DNA of 64,000 nucleotides from the human T2T-CHM13v2.0 reference genome, Homo sapiens. Position 1 is the first letter of the stretch; every line of letters starts with the position of its first letter. The position numbers were made by a program, and so were the translations under genes. A model generated the notes under the pieces. That model was given only the letters and a program-made list of their open reading frames with translations. It made no database searches and had not been told where the DNA came from. Shown here one piece after another: positions 13,320 to 26,560 of the stretch. The DNA lies in NCBI RefSeq assembly GCF_009914755.1, contig NC_060944.1, one strand, 5' to 3'.

Positions 13320-13990
13320 TGAAGACAGACAATTAATCTGGCAAATGCTGACTGGTGCCTACTCTGTGCCAGGCTGCACCCTCAGCATAGGGGGGATGTG
13401 GAAACAAAACAAGCTCCTTGCACCCCTGAGCTCAGCAGGTCACTGGGGAAGACTGTTGCTAAGCAAGTGACGACAGAAAGCAGAGAAGTCATTTCCAACA
13501 GCAGCAGAATGAAGCAGACTCATGTGATCCAAAGTGTCATGGGGTTGCATGTGTCAGTGTGAGCAATTGGGAAAGGCTCCTGAGGGTGGGGGTTTGGAGC
13601 AGAGACGTGAAAGATGAGAAGGGGAAAAAGGGAAAGCGACTCAGGCTGGAACTGGTATGACAGTGCCATGTCTGTGGATAAAGAGCAGGCCGTGTGGACA
13701 CTGCAGCAAGCCCAGCAGAAAGCGGGTCATGATGGGGCCCGAGGAGCCAGCAGGACCCCATGACCCTGGGCCACAGTGCCCATGGTCAGGTCTGGGATTT
13801 CATCCAAAGCGTAATGGGAGGATTTGTAGCTTGAGAAATTTTAAACATCCATTTAGCTACGGTACTGAGAATTTACAACAGGGTATGAGAGAGGAATCCA
13901 GAGGCCCCTTGAGGAGGCTGTTGGCATCCACCAGAAGAGAGGCCAGACCAGGTGACCACATGGGAATGGCAGACAGAGAAGGCTGATCTT
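13320..13990 (-). mobile_element. L2 LINE fragment
   Basis: gtgcctactctgtgccaggc...gggattttcatccaaagcgtaatgggag...gaggaggctgttggc. Confidence 0.65.
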
Positions 13991-14010
13991 TGGGGCTTTC
14001 TAGTGACTAA

Positions 14011-14363
<353 letters not shown>

Positions 14364-14743
14364 ACCTAGAGCAGTTTTGAACAATCCATCATCAACCCGA
14401 AGACCATTCTGAAGCCCCCTCCCCTCCACCTCCTCACAGTCTCTGCTGCAGATAAAATCGCACACACCCGTTAACCTTTCTGCTGAGAAGTTATCATCAG
14501 CCCTTTCATCAGTGCAGCAGCTCTCAGCCGGCTCTGAAAGGCTTGAAATTGTACATCCATTTAAATGCCTCGCACTTTCCTAGGATTTGTTAATCACTGT
14601 TTTTCCACCCAAACATGAAAAGAGGTTATAAGAGGTGTTCGATTGAAATTGCCTGTGTGTGACAAATGTCAGAGCATTTCCAAAGCTATTCTCTTTAGTG
14701 GAACCTTTTTATAAGGCCCAGCTCAGTGTCTGGGATTAAGTAG

Positions 14744-15290
14744 GTGTTAAGTTTTCTTACTGCTGCCTCACAGATTACCACAAACTTAGCAGCTTAGAGC
14801 AACACATGTTTATTATTTCACAGTTTCTAGGGGTCAGGAGTCTGGGCATGGCTCAACTGGGTCCTCTACCCCAGGGGGTCTTGCAGGTGATCATCAAGGT
14901 GTTGGCCAAGGGTGGAGGCTCAGCGGACGAAGCCACCAGGGAAGGTTCTGCTCCCAGGCTCACATGGCTCTGGGCAGGAGTCAGGTCCTGGTAGGCCTCA
15001 GAATGGGGGCTTTAGTCCCTTGCAGGCTGTTGGCCAGAGGTCACCCTCAGTTCCTGGCCACAAGCATTTTTCCAATATGACAACTTCTTCATCGAAGCAA
15101 AGGAGTCAGCTAGCAGCAAGACAGAAGTCACGACCTTCTGTGACATAACCACAGGAGTGGCATCCCATTTGATTTTCCATATTCTATTGCTTAGGATCAA
15201 GTCACAGGCCTCATCTACACTCAAGGGGAAGGGGTCACACACAGGCATGAATACCAGGAGAGGGAGACTTTGGGGGGTATCTTAGAGGTT
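14744..15290 (-). mobile_element. MLT1-family (MaLR) LTR
   Basis: actgctgcc..cagattaccacaaacttagcagctt...tttattatttcacagtttc...ggcatgaataccaggag...ggggtatcttaga. Confidence 0.8.
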
Positions 15291-15384
15291 CAAATATAAA
15301 GTAAAACTTGAAGAAAAAATTTTAACATCACCACTGACACAATCAACTAAAGATGAGCAATGTTATTTTGGTGTATGGCTTACC

Positions 15385-15527
15385 TGGATGGATGGATAGA
15401 TGGGTGGATGAATGGATTGATGGATGGCCAAATGGAAGGATGGACGGATGGGTGGATGGATGGATGGTTGGATGGATGGATGGATGGATGGATGGATGGA
15501 TAGGTGGATGGATGGATGGTTAGATAG
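15385..15527. repeat. (TGGA)n tetranucleotide microsatellite
   Basis: Read directly. Confidence 0.95.
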
Positions 15528-15749
15528 AGCAACCTAATAAAAACATATCACACAAGACACACATGTGCTTTTTGTCTTATGAAAATGGAATAGTGGTTTT
15601 AATACATACAGATGTAAACCCGCCTCGTGTACACTCAACAATATTTTATCAACTTGACAATGAGAACTCTGCATATCAACATTATTGTTTTTTAGCACTG
15701 GCATTTATGGATGTACCACAATGTATTCAATGAATTTTGTGTTTTAATC

Positions 15750-16130
15750 AAGTTAGGATGTGAGTCAGCTTCATCTAGCAGAGCTCTAACTTCAACTAAG
15801 ACAAAAGTGTATTTTTCACAGAAACCAAAGCTGGAGCTTGACAGTCTAGTGTGTATACAAAATTTGAGGGACCCTGTTTTTTTTCCAGTGAACTGTTCTG
15901 CACTTCCTAGGATGTGAATCTCACCTTCACAGAACAAATTGATGGGAAGAGCACCAACCATCACATCCATAGGCCAAGGAGGAGAGAGGAAACAAAAAAA
16001 TAAGAAATGAGGCAGAAGATAGATGTAAGGTTTCAAAAAATGCCACACAACACTTTCATTACTTTGCATTGGTCAGAATCTGGTCACATGGTCACAGCTT
16101 GCTGCAAGGGAGGCTGGGAAAACGTAGCAA
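15750..16130 (-). mobile_element. Old MLT1-family LTR (paralog 45780-46870)
   Basis: cattggtcagaatctggtcacatggtcacagc...tgcaagggaggctgggaaa..gtag. Confidence 0.65.
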
Positions 16131-16904
16131 GTGTCCAGCCACTGGGGAGAGAGGAGCACCGGAGGAAGGGCAGGAGGCTACCAGCAAGCATTTAGGCTTC
16201 CTACTTTCTTCTTATAAACATCTTTAGAGATTCATCTTTGCATATTTTTCTGACTATTTCCTAGGGATAAATGCCTATAAATGGAATTCAGGACTAAAAG
16301 ATATGCGGCACTTTCACTGGCCAATTGCCAATTGCCCTCTAGAAAGGTTGTACCAATGAACTCACCCAAGAGGTGGGGTTCTATTTCATGAAATGTTTCT
16401 CCACCCCACATTTCCTTTTAATCCACACCCTTTGGCCTTTATTAGGCTTACACATCTCTTCAGAATCCTTGCTTCCTACATCATAATCTTGGGATTTAAT
16501 ACATGTTTTTCGTTCAGGTTATTATTAATATCAGATTTATCTGGCTGTGTGTGAGCCCAGCCACAGCTTTAGGGAAAGAGATGTATCTTTCAGTGGTGAA
16601 GAGAATAAAAATCAAAAATCCTCAGAGATTTGAAACTGAAGTGGGCAGGGAAGGGTGGAAAGAACAGATCTCATTCTATGAAGAGCATGGAGGGATTTTC
16701 ACAGAGCATGTAGTGCTGAGTACAGCAGACCAAGCACCCGGGGACACCCAGAGAGCAGCCTTTCCTCAACAGAAGAGGAGTGAGCACCACACAGAGTTGC
16801 AGAAAGGGAATCCCAGACAGGGGTAACAGCAGATACAAAGACACTACAGCAGGCACTGACTTGGCCTGCTGGAGGAGCAGAAAGGAAGCCAGTGTGTCTG
16901 GAGT

Positions 16905-17095
16905 AGAGGGGACCAACTTGTCCAGGTTTGCCCAGAACTCTCTTGGTTTTAACACTAGAAATCTTATGTCCCAGGAAACTTCTGAGTTACAGCCAAGCTG
17001 GGATGATTTGTCCAGAACTGCCCCTGTTTTAAAATGGAAAGGTCTGTGTCCCACAAACCCCCTCAGTCCTGAGCAAGCTGAGGCAGTAGGTCACC
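16905..17095. mobile_element. hAT-Blackjack MITE (MER94/MER81-like); paralog ~47590-47780
   Basis: agggggaccaacttgtccaggtttgcccagaact...ggttttaacact...ggtcacctta. Confidence 0.6.
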
Positions 17096-17149
17096 TTATG
17101 CTGGAGAAATGTGTGCAAGGGTGGGCAGAACAAGTGACTCTCTCCCATG

Positions 17150-17570
17150 TCCTCTCTCCCCTTAGCCACAGGAGTGACAAATCTGGGTACCGACATCCAG
17201 GATGAAGACTACATTTCCCAGCATCCCTTGCAGCAAACAGAGGTCATGTGACCAGGCTGTGGTCACTGGGAGGTTAGGCCTGTGCACAGTGGCTGCCTTT
17301 AGAGGAAGGAAGGTTTGTGCCCTCTTGTTCTCTTCTCCCCTCCCTGCTGGCTGGCAGGAGACAGGATGGACACTGGGCGGGGGAAGCCACACTCTAAGGA
17401 AGTCAGACTAACAAGATAGAAGGAGGCTGAGACCCTGAAAACTGCAGAGAAGAATCACTTGATTAGCTTTGACTTTCTTGTGAAACAGGAATGAACCTCC
17501 ACCTTGGCTAAGCCACTGTGATCCAGGGTCCTTGGTCACATTCACTGAGGCCATAATCTAATTGGTAGAA
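17150..17570 (+). mobile_element. Old MLT1-family LTR (paralog ~47850-48240)
   Basis: actacatttcccagcatcccttgcagc...ggtcatgtgacca...cttcccctgctggctgg...taagccactgt. Confidence 0.65.
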
Positions 17571-19052
17571 AGAAAGGAAGGGGAGGGGAGATGGAGTCAG
17601 AGAGGCAGGCAGAGGTCAGATCACATCTGGCCTGTAGGCCAAGGCAGAGGAAGAAACAGGTGACCCAGGACTCAAGGACTGCACCTGCTCCCAGGCAAAG
17701 GGAGTTTGCCCTGGGTGCCCCTCCCTGTCTGCTGGAATAAGCAAATTTTACCCACTTCCCTTAGGACTTTGCAAGATGCACATCAGTCACAGGTGCTTGT
17801 CTCCTAAGGGTCCTTTCAGGTGAGCTGCCCCAACAGTGAGACTGTGACTAGAGCAGGAAAGAACCCTTGTGTGCATCCCCTCTGAGCACTGGGAGGTGTG
17901 GTTGTAGCGGCTGCTGTTACTCATCCTGACTGATACACAGACACCGCTGGTAGCCCTCTCTCCTGGAAACGCCATGTAAGTTAGGTGAGGCATGACCCAG
18001 GAAAGCTCTCAAGCTGACTTCCCTTCTATCCCCAGGGCCGCTGAGCAGGACCCACATTATCTAAGATCAGTTGGACACCTGTACACCTGCATGGCCTGGA
18101 GCAGGTGCCAGGCACTGTGGATGATGAATGCGAGAACGGCATCATCCCTGCCCTCCTGCAGGTAACTGTCTGGTCTGCTCAGACTGTGAGATTCCTCCAC
18201 AACCACCTCCTCACACACAGCTCACTCATGCCAAGCAGGAAGCAGAGCTTGGGATCGCCTGACCCACTTGCCCTCACCTGGGAGCAACTTATGTAACAAC
18301 ACATGTAGTTCACACAGGGCTGACGGTTCCAGCTTCCAAGACACCCCAAGGCTTCCTTGGCTGCTTGGTAATCAGACCAGGTATGTGCAAAGAGGCATGA
18401 CTCTATTTTCACTTAACTGAAAAAACCACACCAGCAAAGAGAGCATCCATGTTCAGTGGCCCTTTCTCCCCCCAATAGTGACCATTAACCTTTAAAAAGA
18501 TGCTTTATGAGTCATTTGCCAAACCTCCTTCTTCATGCCAAGGTGTAATGAGGCTCATAAATAGGCCAGACTTGAGAGGGGACAAACACGAGAAATGCCA
18601 CCAATGAGAGCCCCAGGCAGAGCAGGTCTCAGGGCTGCCCAGCCATGTGTGTGCCAAACATGGATGTGTCAGTGGCCATGCCAGGAGTTAAGCCCTCAGC
18701 CATGGGCCTCTGGGTGGCCAAGGCCAAGTCTTATTCAACAGGTGAGTTCAACTGAGCCAACCGTGGCAGAAATACATAGGGGAGACGATGGCTCCTCTGG
18801 TTAAATCCCCTGCTAATTCCACCTGGCTCAGAGGAGGAACCAAGTCCTCATAATAGCTTGCAAGTCCCACCTGACTCGGCCTCCTCTCAGCTCAGATTCT
18901 CCGTGCCCCTCTACCCTTCTCTGTCTCCTCTCCCACCACAGAGAGGGGATCCTACAGGTTCATCCTGGTGGATTCAAAACCCATCTTTGTTACACAGTCA
19001 CCAAATGAATGTGCATAAACCATAAACAGCCCTCTTGAAAAAGAGAAAGGCA

Positions 19053-19365
19053 GGCCGGGCTCAGTGGCTCATGCCTGTAATCCCAGCACTTTGGGAGGCC
19101 GAGGAGGGTGGATCACCTGAGGTCAGGAGTCTGAGACCAGCCTGGCCGACATGGTAGAACCCCTTCTCTACTAAAACCATGAAAATTAGCTGGGCATTGG
19201 TGGCATGCACCTGTAGTCCCAGCTACTCTGGAGGCTGAGGCAGGAGAATCGCTTGAACACGGAAGGTGGAGGTTGAAGGAGTAGAGATCATGCCACTTCA
19301 CTCCAACCTGGGTGACAGAGCGACACTCTGTCTCAAAAAATAATAATAATTTAAAAAGAAAAAGG
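19053..19365 (+). mobile_element. AluS
   Basis: Full-length Alu with TSD of about aaaaagagaaaggca. Confidence 0.95.
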
Positions 19366-19375
19366 CAAAAATTAT

Positions 19376-19680
19376 GGCCGGGCACGGTGGCTCATGCCTG
19401 TAATCCCAGCACTTTGGGAGGCCGAGGTGGGCGGATCACAAGGTCAGGAGATCGAGACCATCCTGGCTAACACGGTGAAACCCTGTCTCTACTAAAAATA
19501 CAAAAAATTAGCCAGGCAAGGTGGCGGGCGCCTGTAGTCCAAGCTACTCGGGAGGCTGAGGCAGGAGAATGGCATGAACCCGGCGGGGCAGAGCCTGCAG
19601 TAAGCCGAGATGGCACCACTACACTCCAGCCTGGGTGACAGCGAGACTCCATCTCAAAAAAAATAAAAGAAAAAAGAAAA
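19376..19680 (+). mobile_element. AluY (AluYe-like), inserted at the 3' TSD of the preceding Alu
   Basis: GGCAAGGTGGCGGGC, GAGCCTGCAG and GACAGCGAGAC diagnostics. TSD aaaagaaaaaggcaaaaatt. Confidence 0.95.
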
Positions 19681-19689
19681 AGGCAAAAA

Positions 19690-20680
19690 TTCAAACAGCT
19701 AAACAGAAACTGGACAAAAGAGTTGAACCAGCCCTTCACAGAAGGGGAAATGTGAAGGAATGGCCAACAAACACATGAAGAGGGTCTCAGCCTAACAGGA
19801 TGAGGTACCACGTGACACCCACCAGACTGGCAAAAATCCCACAACCCAAGAAATGCAAGGGTTGGGGAGAATGGAGAGCAACAAGAACACTCAGCCACTG
19901 CTAAGAAAGGTTGTGAACTTTTGTTGTTGTTGTTATGCTTCCATATGAAAGGCTGTGTGTTGTGGGTTATGAGGAAAATTACATTTCTTAACTGGGATGA
20001 AATTTTAAAAATTGAAAGCTACTGACCAGAAGAAACTTGCATTTGTGTACAAAAGAAATGCCCAAGAACGTTCTAGCAACACAGTCCTAAGGGCCCAACC
20101 TGCCCAAACCCTCATCCACAGGAAAATGAAGACATTTCCCACGTTCCCCTCATACCACGGGCGATCACGCAGCAATGAAAATGAACCATGTCAGTGTGGA
20201 TGGGTCTCAGGAAGAGAATGCAGGACAAAAATAGACATCGAGCAAATGCAAATGCTCAGACCCAATGCAGCATAGGAGCAGCCACACAGGAGAATTTCTT
20301 CACATCCAAGTTCAAAACTACAGCCGAGGCAACAGAGCAAGACCCTGTCTCAAAAAGACAACAGAAAGTTCAAACACTAAATGGCATATTGTTTAGGGAT
20401 GTACACATACGTGGTGAAAGAAACGTGCTATGAAGAAAAGTACGGGATTAATAAAGACTAAAGTGGAAAGTGATTCCCTCTGCAGAAGGGAAGGGACTGG
20501 GATTCGGGAGGGGCCGCCAGGGAACATCCACAGTTATGTCTCTTCAGATTCTGTTCCCTAAACTTGGTGGAGGTCCTGTGTGTCCAGTGTGTCGATGTTC
20601 TTTATACCTTGCCCATATTGTACAAATGCTTTTTTCTATTTAATATTTAGAAGACAGTTATACACAAGATGCATTAAATA
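19690..20680 (+). mobile_element. Old L1M LINE 3' fragment
   Basis: ggccaacaaacacatgaag...atgaggtaccac...accagactggcaaaaat, followed by degenerate L1M 3'UTR-like sequence. Confidence 0.6.
20322..20366 (+). mobile_element. Severely 5'-truncated Alu
   Basis: ggcaacagagcaagaccctgtctcaaaaa flanked by an aagttcaaa direct repeat. Confidence 0.7.
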
Positions 20681-20685
20681 GCAAG

Positions 20686-20950
20686 ATGGCAGATGAACAT
20701 CAGGAAGGAACATTAGGAACATCCATGGTGTTCCATCCAGGAACCTTCACCATGGAAACCCCTGTGCTCATGGGCCTGGTCTCAAGACACAGTCAGTTGG
20801 GGATCAGAGGCCACACTCATCGTAGCAGAGAGGCAGGAACAGCTGGGCGAGGGTCCTTCTGTGACATCTACTGCATCACTGGGCTCTGTGAAGTGACTCA
20901 GCTGCCAGAACTCACACAATATTCTGCACCAAAACCTCACGGGAAAAATG
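20686..20950 (+). other. Exon-like ATG-to-splice-donor segment, copy A (coding status unsupported)
   Basis: caagATGG start context and an open frame up to AATG/gtaagt. It is retained in copy B. Confidence 0.3.
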
Positions 20951-21389
20951 GTAAGTTTGAAGTTTCTCCATTAGTAGCAACTCTCAGATTAATCTCTGTC
21001 CTCCATCGCTTCTCCATGAAACAACGTTTTATACCTTTGCTTGGGTCTATTTTTCCATTTATTTTTTATTTTACTAACTGATTGAAAGATATATACTGTA
21101 CGTGTGTGATTTTGTCTCTATCAGCCAGGATAATCATGGTTTAATTCCTATTATTATTATTACCAACATCCTTTAGTTTTTTTAAGCTTTTCAATTCCTA
21201 AGGGTAATCAAGTTCTTTCTGCCTCCTGAGACAGAAAACAAATCCAAACTGTGCAAGAGAAAAACGAATGCATTGATCACTAGGACTCACAAGTTCCCAG
21301 GTTTAATCTGCTTGAGAAACAGTTACACCAATGGTTTCAAGTGGCATCCTGTGATTCATTCTCTCTCTCCTCCTCTCTTCTCTCTCTCC

Positions 21390-24300
21390 TTACCCAACAC
21401 CGGCACCATATTTAGCATCACGAACCTCAGACTTAAACAGCACAACAGGCTCCTCCCAGGTCTCCAGCTACACAACCCTCAGACTTAAACAACAGCAGCG
21501 GCACCAGCTCCTCCCTGGGTCTCCAGCTCCACAAACCTCAAATTAGAACAGCAGCACTGGCTACACCCAGTCTCCAGCTCTACACCTCTAACTTGAACTA
21601 CAGCCACCAGCTCCTTCCTGGGTCTCCGGCTCCACAGACCTTAAACGAAAACAGCAGCACTGGCTCCTCCCCAGGTCCCCAGCTACAGACCCTCAAACAA
21701 GAAGAACAGCAGCACCAGCTCCACCTAAAGTCTCCAGCTCCACACCTCAAACTAGAACTTCAGCACCCGCTCCTCCCCGAGTCTCAATATCTGTGACCCT
21801 CAAAATAAAACAGCAGGACCAGCTCCTCCTCTGGTCTTCAGCTTCACGACCTTAACTGTAACAGCACCACCCGCTCCTCCGGGGTCAACAGCTCCGACGC
21901 TAAAACTAGAACAGCAGACCAGCTTCTACCTAAAACACCAGCTCCGAGACTCTCAAACAAGAACAGCAGCACTGACTTCTCTCACCAGGTCTCCAGCTCC
22001 ACGATCCTGAAACTTGAACGGCAGCACCCGCTCCTCCCCGGGTCTCCAGCTCCACGAACCTCAAACTTGAACAGCAGCACCCGCTCCTCCCAGCGTCTCC
22101 AGCTCCATGAACCTCAAACTTGAACAGCAGTACCCGCTCCTCCCCGGGTCTCCAGCTCCACGAACCTCAAACTTGAACAGCAGCACTCGCTCCTCCCAAG
22201 GTCTCCAGCTCTGCGAACCTCAAACTTGAACTGCAGCACCTGCTCCTCCCCGGGTCTCCAGCTCCACGAACCTTAAACTAAAACAGCAGTACTCACTCCT
22301 CCCCAGATCCCCAGCTGCAGACCCTCAAGCTGCAACAGCAGCACCATCTCCTCTCCAGGTCTCCAGCTCCATGGACCTTAAACTAGAACAGCAGCACCAG
22401 CTCCTCCTTGGGACAACAGCTCCAAGACCCTCAAACTACAACAGCAGCCCTGACTCCTGCCCAGGTTTACAGCTCCACAAACGTCAAACTTGAACTTCAG
22501 CACTAGCTGAAGTCTCCAGCTCCCTGACCCTCAAACTAGAACAGCAGCACCATCTCCTCTCTGGGTCTCCAGCTCCACGAACCTCAAACTTGAACTGCAG
22601 CACCTGCTCCTCCCTGGATCTCCAGCTCCACGGACCTTAAACTAAAACAGCAGTACTCGCTCCTCCCCAGGTCCCCAGCTGCAGACCCTCAAACTGCAAC
22701 AGCAGCACCATCTCCTCTCTGGGTCTCCAGCTCCATGGACCTTAAACTAGAACAGCAGCACCAGCTCCTCTCCTGGTCTCCAGCTCCAGGACCCTAAAAC
22801 TAGAACAGCAGCACCAGCTCCTCCTTGGGACAACAGCTTTAAGACCCTCAAACTACAACAGCAGCCCTGACTCCTGCCCAGGTTTACAAACCTCAAACTT
22901 GAACTTCAGCACTGGCTGAAGTCTCCAGCCCCATGACCCTCAAACTAGAACAGCAGCACCATCTCCTCTCTGGGTCTCCAGCTCCATGGACCTTAAACTA
23001 AAACAGCAGCACCAGCTCCTCCCGAGGTCCCCATCTACAGACCCTCAAACTACAGCAGCACCAGCTCCACCCAAAGTCTCCAGCTCCCCACCTCAAACTA
23101 GAACTCCAGCACCCGCTCCTCCCCGAGTCTCAATATCCGCCACTCTCAAACAGCAGCACCGGCTCCTCCCCTGGTCTTCAGCTTCACGACCCTAACTATA
23201 ACAGCACCACCCGCTCTTCCGGGGTCAACAGCTCCAAGACTCTAAAACTAGAACAGCAGACCAGCTTCTACCCAGGTCACCAGCTCCGAGACTCTCAAAC
23301 TAGAACAGCAGCCTTAACTTCTCGCCAAATCTCCAACTCCACGACCCTTAAACTTGAACTGCAGCACTTGCTCCTCCCCAGGTCCCCAGCTACAGACCCT
23401 CAAACTAAACAGGAGCACTGACTTCTGCCCACATATCCAGCTCCACGAACCTCAAAGTTAAACTTCAGTACCAACTCCTTCCCGCGTCTCCAGCTCCACG
23501 ACCCTCAAACTACAATAGCAACACTGGCTCCCCAATCCCAGGTCTCCATCTCCACGACCATCAAACTTGAGTTGCAACACTGGCTCCACCCAAATTCTCC
23601 AGCTCCAGGATGCTAACTGTAATAGCAGCACCAGCTCCTCTGCAGGTCACCAGCTCCAAGACTCTCAAACTAGTACAGCAGCACTGACGCCTGCCCAGGT
23701 TTCCAGCTCCATGAACCTCAAACTTGAACTGCAGCACCACCTCCTCCCTGGTTCTCCAGCTTCACGACCCTCAAACTAGAACAGCAGCACCAGCTCCAAC
23801 CAAAGTCTCCATCTCCACGCCTCCAACTTGAACTCCAGCACCAGCTCCTTCCTGGGTCTCATGATCCATGACCCTGAAAATAAAACAGCAGCACCAGCTC
23901 CTCTCTAGGTCTCCAGCTCCACGAACCTCAAATTTAAAAAGCAGCCCTGGCTCTAACCCAGGTCTCCAGCTCCACCATCGTCAAACTTGAACGGCAGCAC
24001 TAGCTCCTCCCAAAGTCTCCAGCCCCACGACCCTAAAACATGAAGAGCAGCATTGGCTCCTCCCCAGGTCTTCAGCTTCACAACCCTAACTCTTACAGCA
24101 ACACCCGCTCCTCCCCAGGTTGCCAGCTCCAAGACCCTAAAACTAGAACAGCAGACCGGCTCCTACTCAGGACACCAGCTCCAAGACTGTTAAACTAGAA
24201 CAGCAGCACTGATTTCTCACCAGGTCTCCAGCTCCACGACCCTCACACTGGAACTACAGCAACAGCTCCGCCCAGGTCTCCAGCTCCAGGGACCTTAAAC

Positions 24301-26560
24301 TAAAATAGCAGCACCAGCTCCTCTGCAGGTCCCCAGCTACAGACCCTCAAACTAGAATAGCAGCACCATCTCCTCTCCAGTTCTCCAGCTCCACGACCTT
24401 GAAACTAGAAAAGAAACACTGACTCCCCCCCACCACCAATCTCCATCTCCAGGAACATCAAACTTGAACTACAACAGCGGCTCAACCCAAAGTCTCCAGC
24501 TCCCCGACACTAACTACAACAGCAGCACCAGCTCCTCCCTGGCTCACCAGCTCCAAGATCCTCAAACCAGAACAGCAGCACTGACTCCTGCCCAGGTCAC
24601 CAGCTCCAAGACCCTCAAACCAGAACAGCAGCACTGACTCCTGCCCAGGTCACCAGCTCCAAGACTCTCAAACTAGAATAGCCACACTGACTCCTGTCCA
24701 GGTCACCAGCTCCAAGACTTTCAAACTAGAATAGCCACACTGACTCCTGTCCAGGTTTCCAGCTCCATGAAACTCAAACTTGAATTGCAACACTGGCTCC
24801 TCTCCAGGTCTCCAGCCACTCATCCCTCAAACTGTTGCTCCTCCCTGTGTCTCCAGCTTCATGACCCTCAAACTTGAACTGGGGCACCCGTTCCTCCCCG
24901 GGTCTCCAGCTCCACGACACGTGAACTGCAGCACTTGATCCTTCCTGAGTCTCCAGCTCCATGACCCTTATACTTGAACAGCAGCACCAATTCCTGCCCA
25001 GGTCTCCAGCCTCATGACCTTCAAATTTAAAAAGCAGAACTGGCTCCAACCCAGGTCTCCAGCTCCACCATCATCAAACTTGAATGGCAGCACTAGCTCG
25101 CCACAAAGTCTCCAGCTCCCATGACCCTCAAATGTGAACAGCAGCACTGGCTCCTCCCCAGGTGTTCAGTTTCACGACCCTAACTATTACAGCAACACCT
25201 GCTCCTCCCCAGGTCACCAACTCCAAGACCCTAAAACTAGAACAGCAGACCGGCTCCTACCCAGGTCACCAGCTCCAAGACTCTCAAACTAGAACAGCAG
25301 CACTGACTTCTTGCCAGGTCTCCAGCTCCATGACCCTCAAGCTTGAACCGCAGCAACAGCTCCACCCAGGTCTCCAGCTCCACAAACCTTAAACAACAGC
25401 ACCGGCTCCTCCAGAGGTCCCCAGCTACAGACCCTCAAACTAGAACAGGAGCACTGACTCCTGCCCAGATATCCAGCTCCACGAACCTCAAACTTGAACT
25501 GCAGTACCAGCTCCTTCCCGGGTCTTTAGCTCCGTGACCCTGAAAATAAAACAGCAGCACTGGCTTTTCCCCAGATCCCCAGCTCCACGACCCTCAAATT
25601 TAAAAAGCAGCACCAGCTCCTCCCTGGGTCAGCACCTCCATGACCCTCAAACCTGAACTGCAGCACTGGCTCCTCCCCGGGTCACCAGATCCCAGACCCT
25701 CAAACTAGAACAGCAGCACTGACTCCTCCCCATATCTCCAGCTCCATGACCATCAAACTTGAAGACTAGCACCATTTCCTTTCTGGGTCTCCAGCTCCAC
25801 GACCCTCAGACTTGAACAGCAGTGCCAACTCCTTTCTGGGTCTCCAGCTCCACTATCTTCAGACTTGAACAGCAGCACCAGCTTCTCCCCAGGTCTCCAG
25901 CTCCATGACCCTCAAACAGGAACAGCAGCACCGGCTCCTCCCTGGGTCTCCAGCTCCTCAAGTCTGAGGATCATGGAGCTGGAGACCCAGAAAGGCAATG
26001 GTGCTACTCTTCAAGTCTGAGGGTCATGGAACTGGAGACCCGGGGAGGAGCTGGTGCTACCGCTGTTCAAGTTTGAGCATCTTGGAGCTGGAGACCCAGG
26101 GAGCCGCCACTCGAACGGTAGCTCCTCCCCCAGTCTCTAGCTCCATGACCCTCAAACTCGAAGAGTAGCACCATTTCCTTTCTGGGTCTCCAGCTCCATG
26201 ACCCTCAGACTTGAACAGCAGCACCAGCTCCTTTCTGGGTCTCCAGCTCTCCTATCTTCAGACTTGAATGGCAACACCAGCTTCTCCCCACGTCTCCAGC
26301 TCCACGACCCTCAGACTTCGACAGCAATCCGGCTCTTCCCCTGGTCTCCAGCTCCATGACCCTCAAACTAGAACAGCAGCACCGGTTCCTTTCTGGGTCT
26401 CCAGCTCCACGATATTCAGACTTGAATGGCAGCACCAACTTTTCCCTGGGTCTTCAGCTCCATGACCTTCAGACTTGAACGGCAGCACTGGCTCCTCCCC
26501 TCTCCAGCTCCATGACCTTCAGACTTGAACGGCAGCGCCGGCTCCTCCCTGGGTCTCGAA
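21390..26560 (+). repeat. SATR1/SATR2-like satellite array A, degenerate ~53-bp monomer
   Basis: Tandem unit of about gaccctcaaactagaacagcagcaccagctcctccctgggtctccagctccac (53 bp); e.g. gcagcacccg at 22021 and 22074. The family name is from my recall of the SATR consensus. Confidence 0.85.

Noticed and set aside
14460-14700. Possible very old homology to 44600-44830
   Set aside because: Only gccc(c)tttcatca and positional plausibility are visible by eye. It needs a sensitive alignment.
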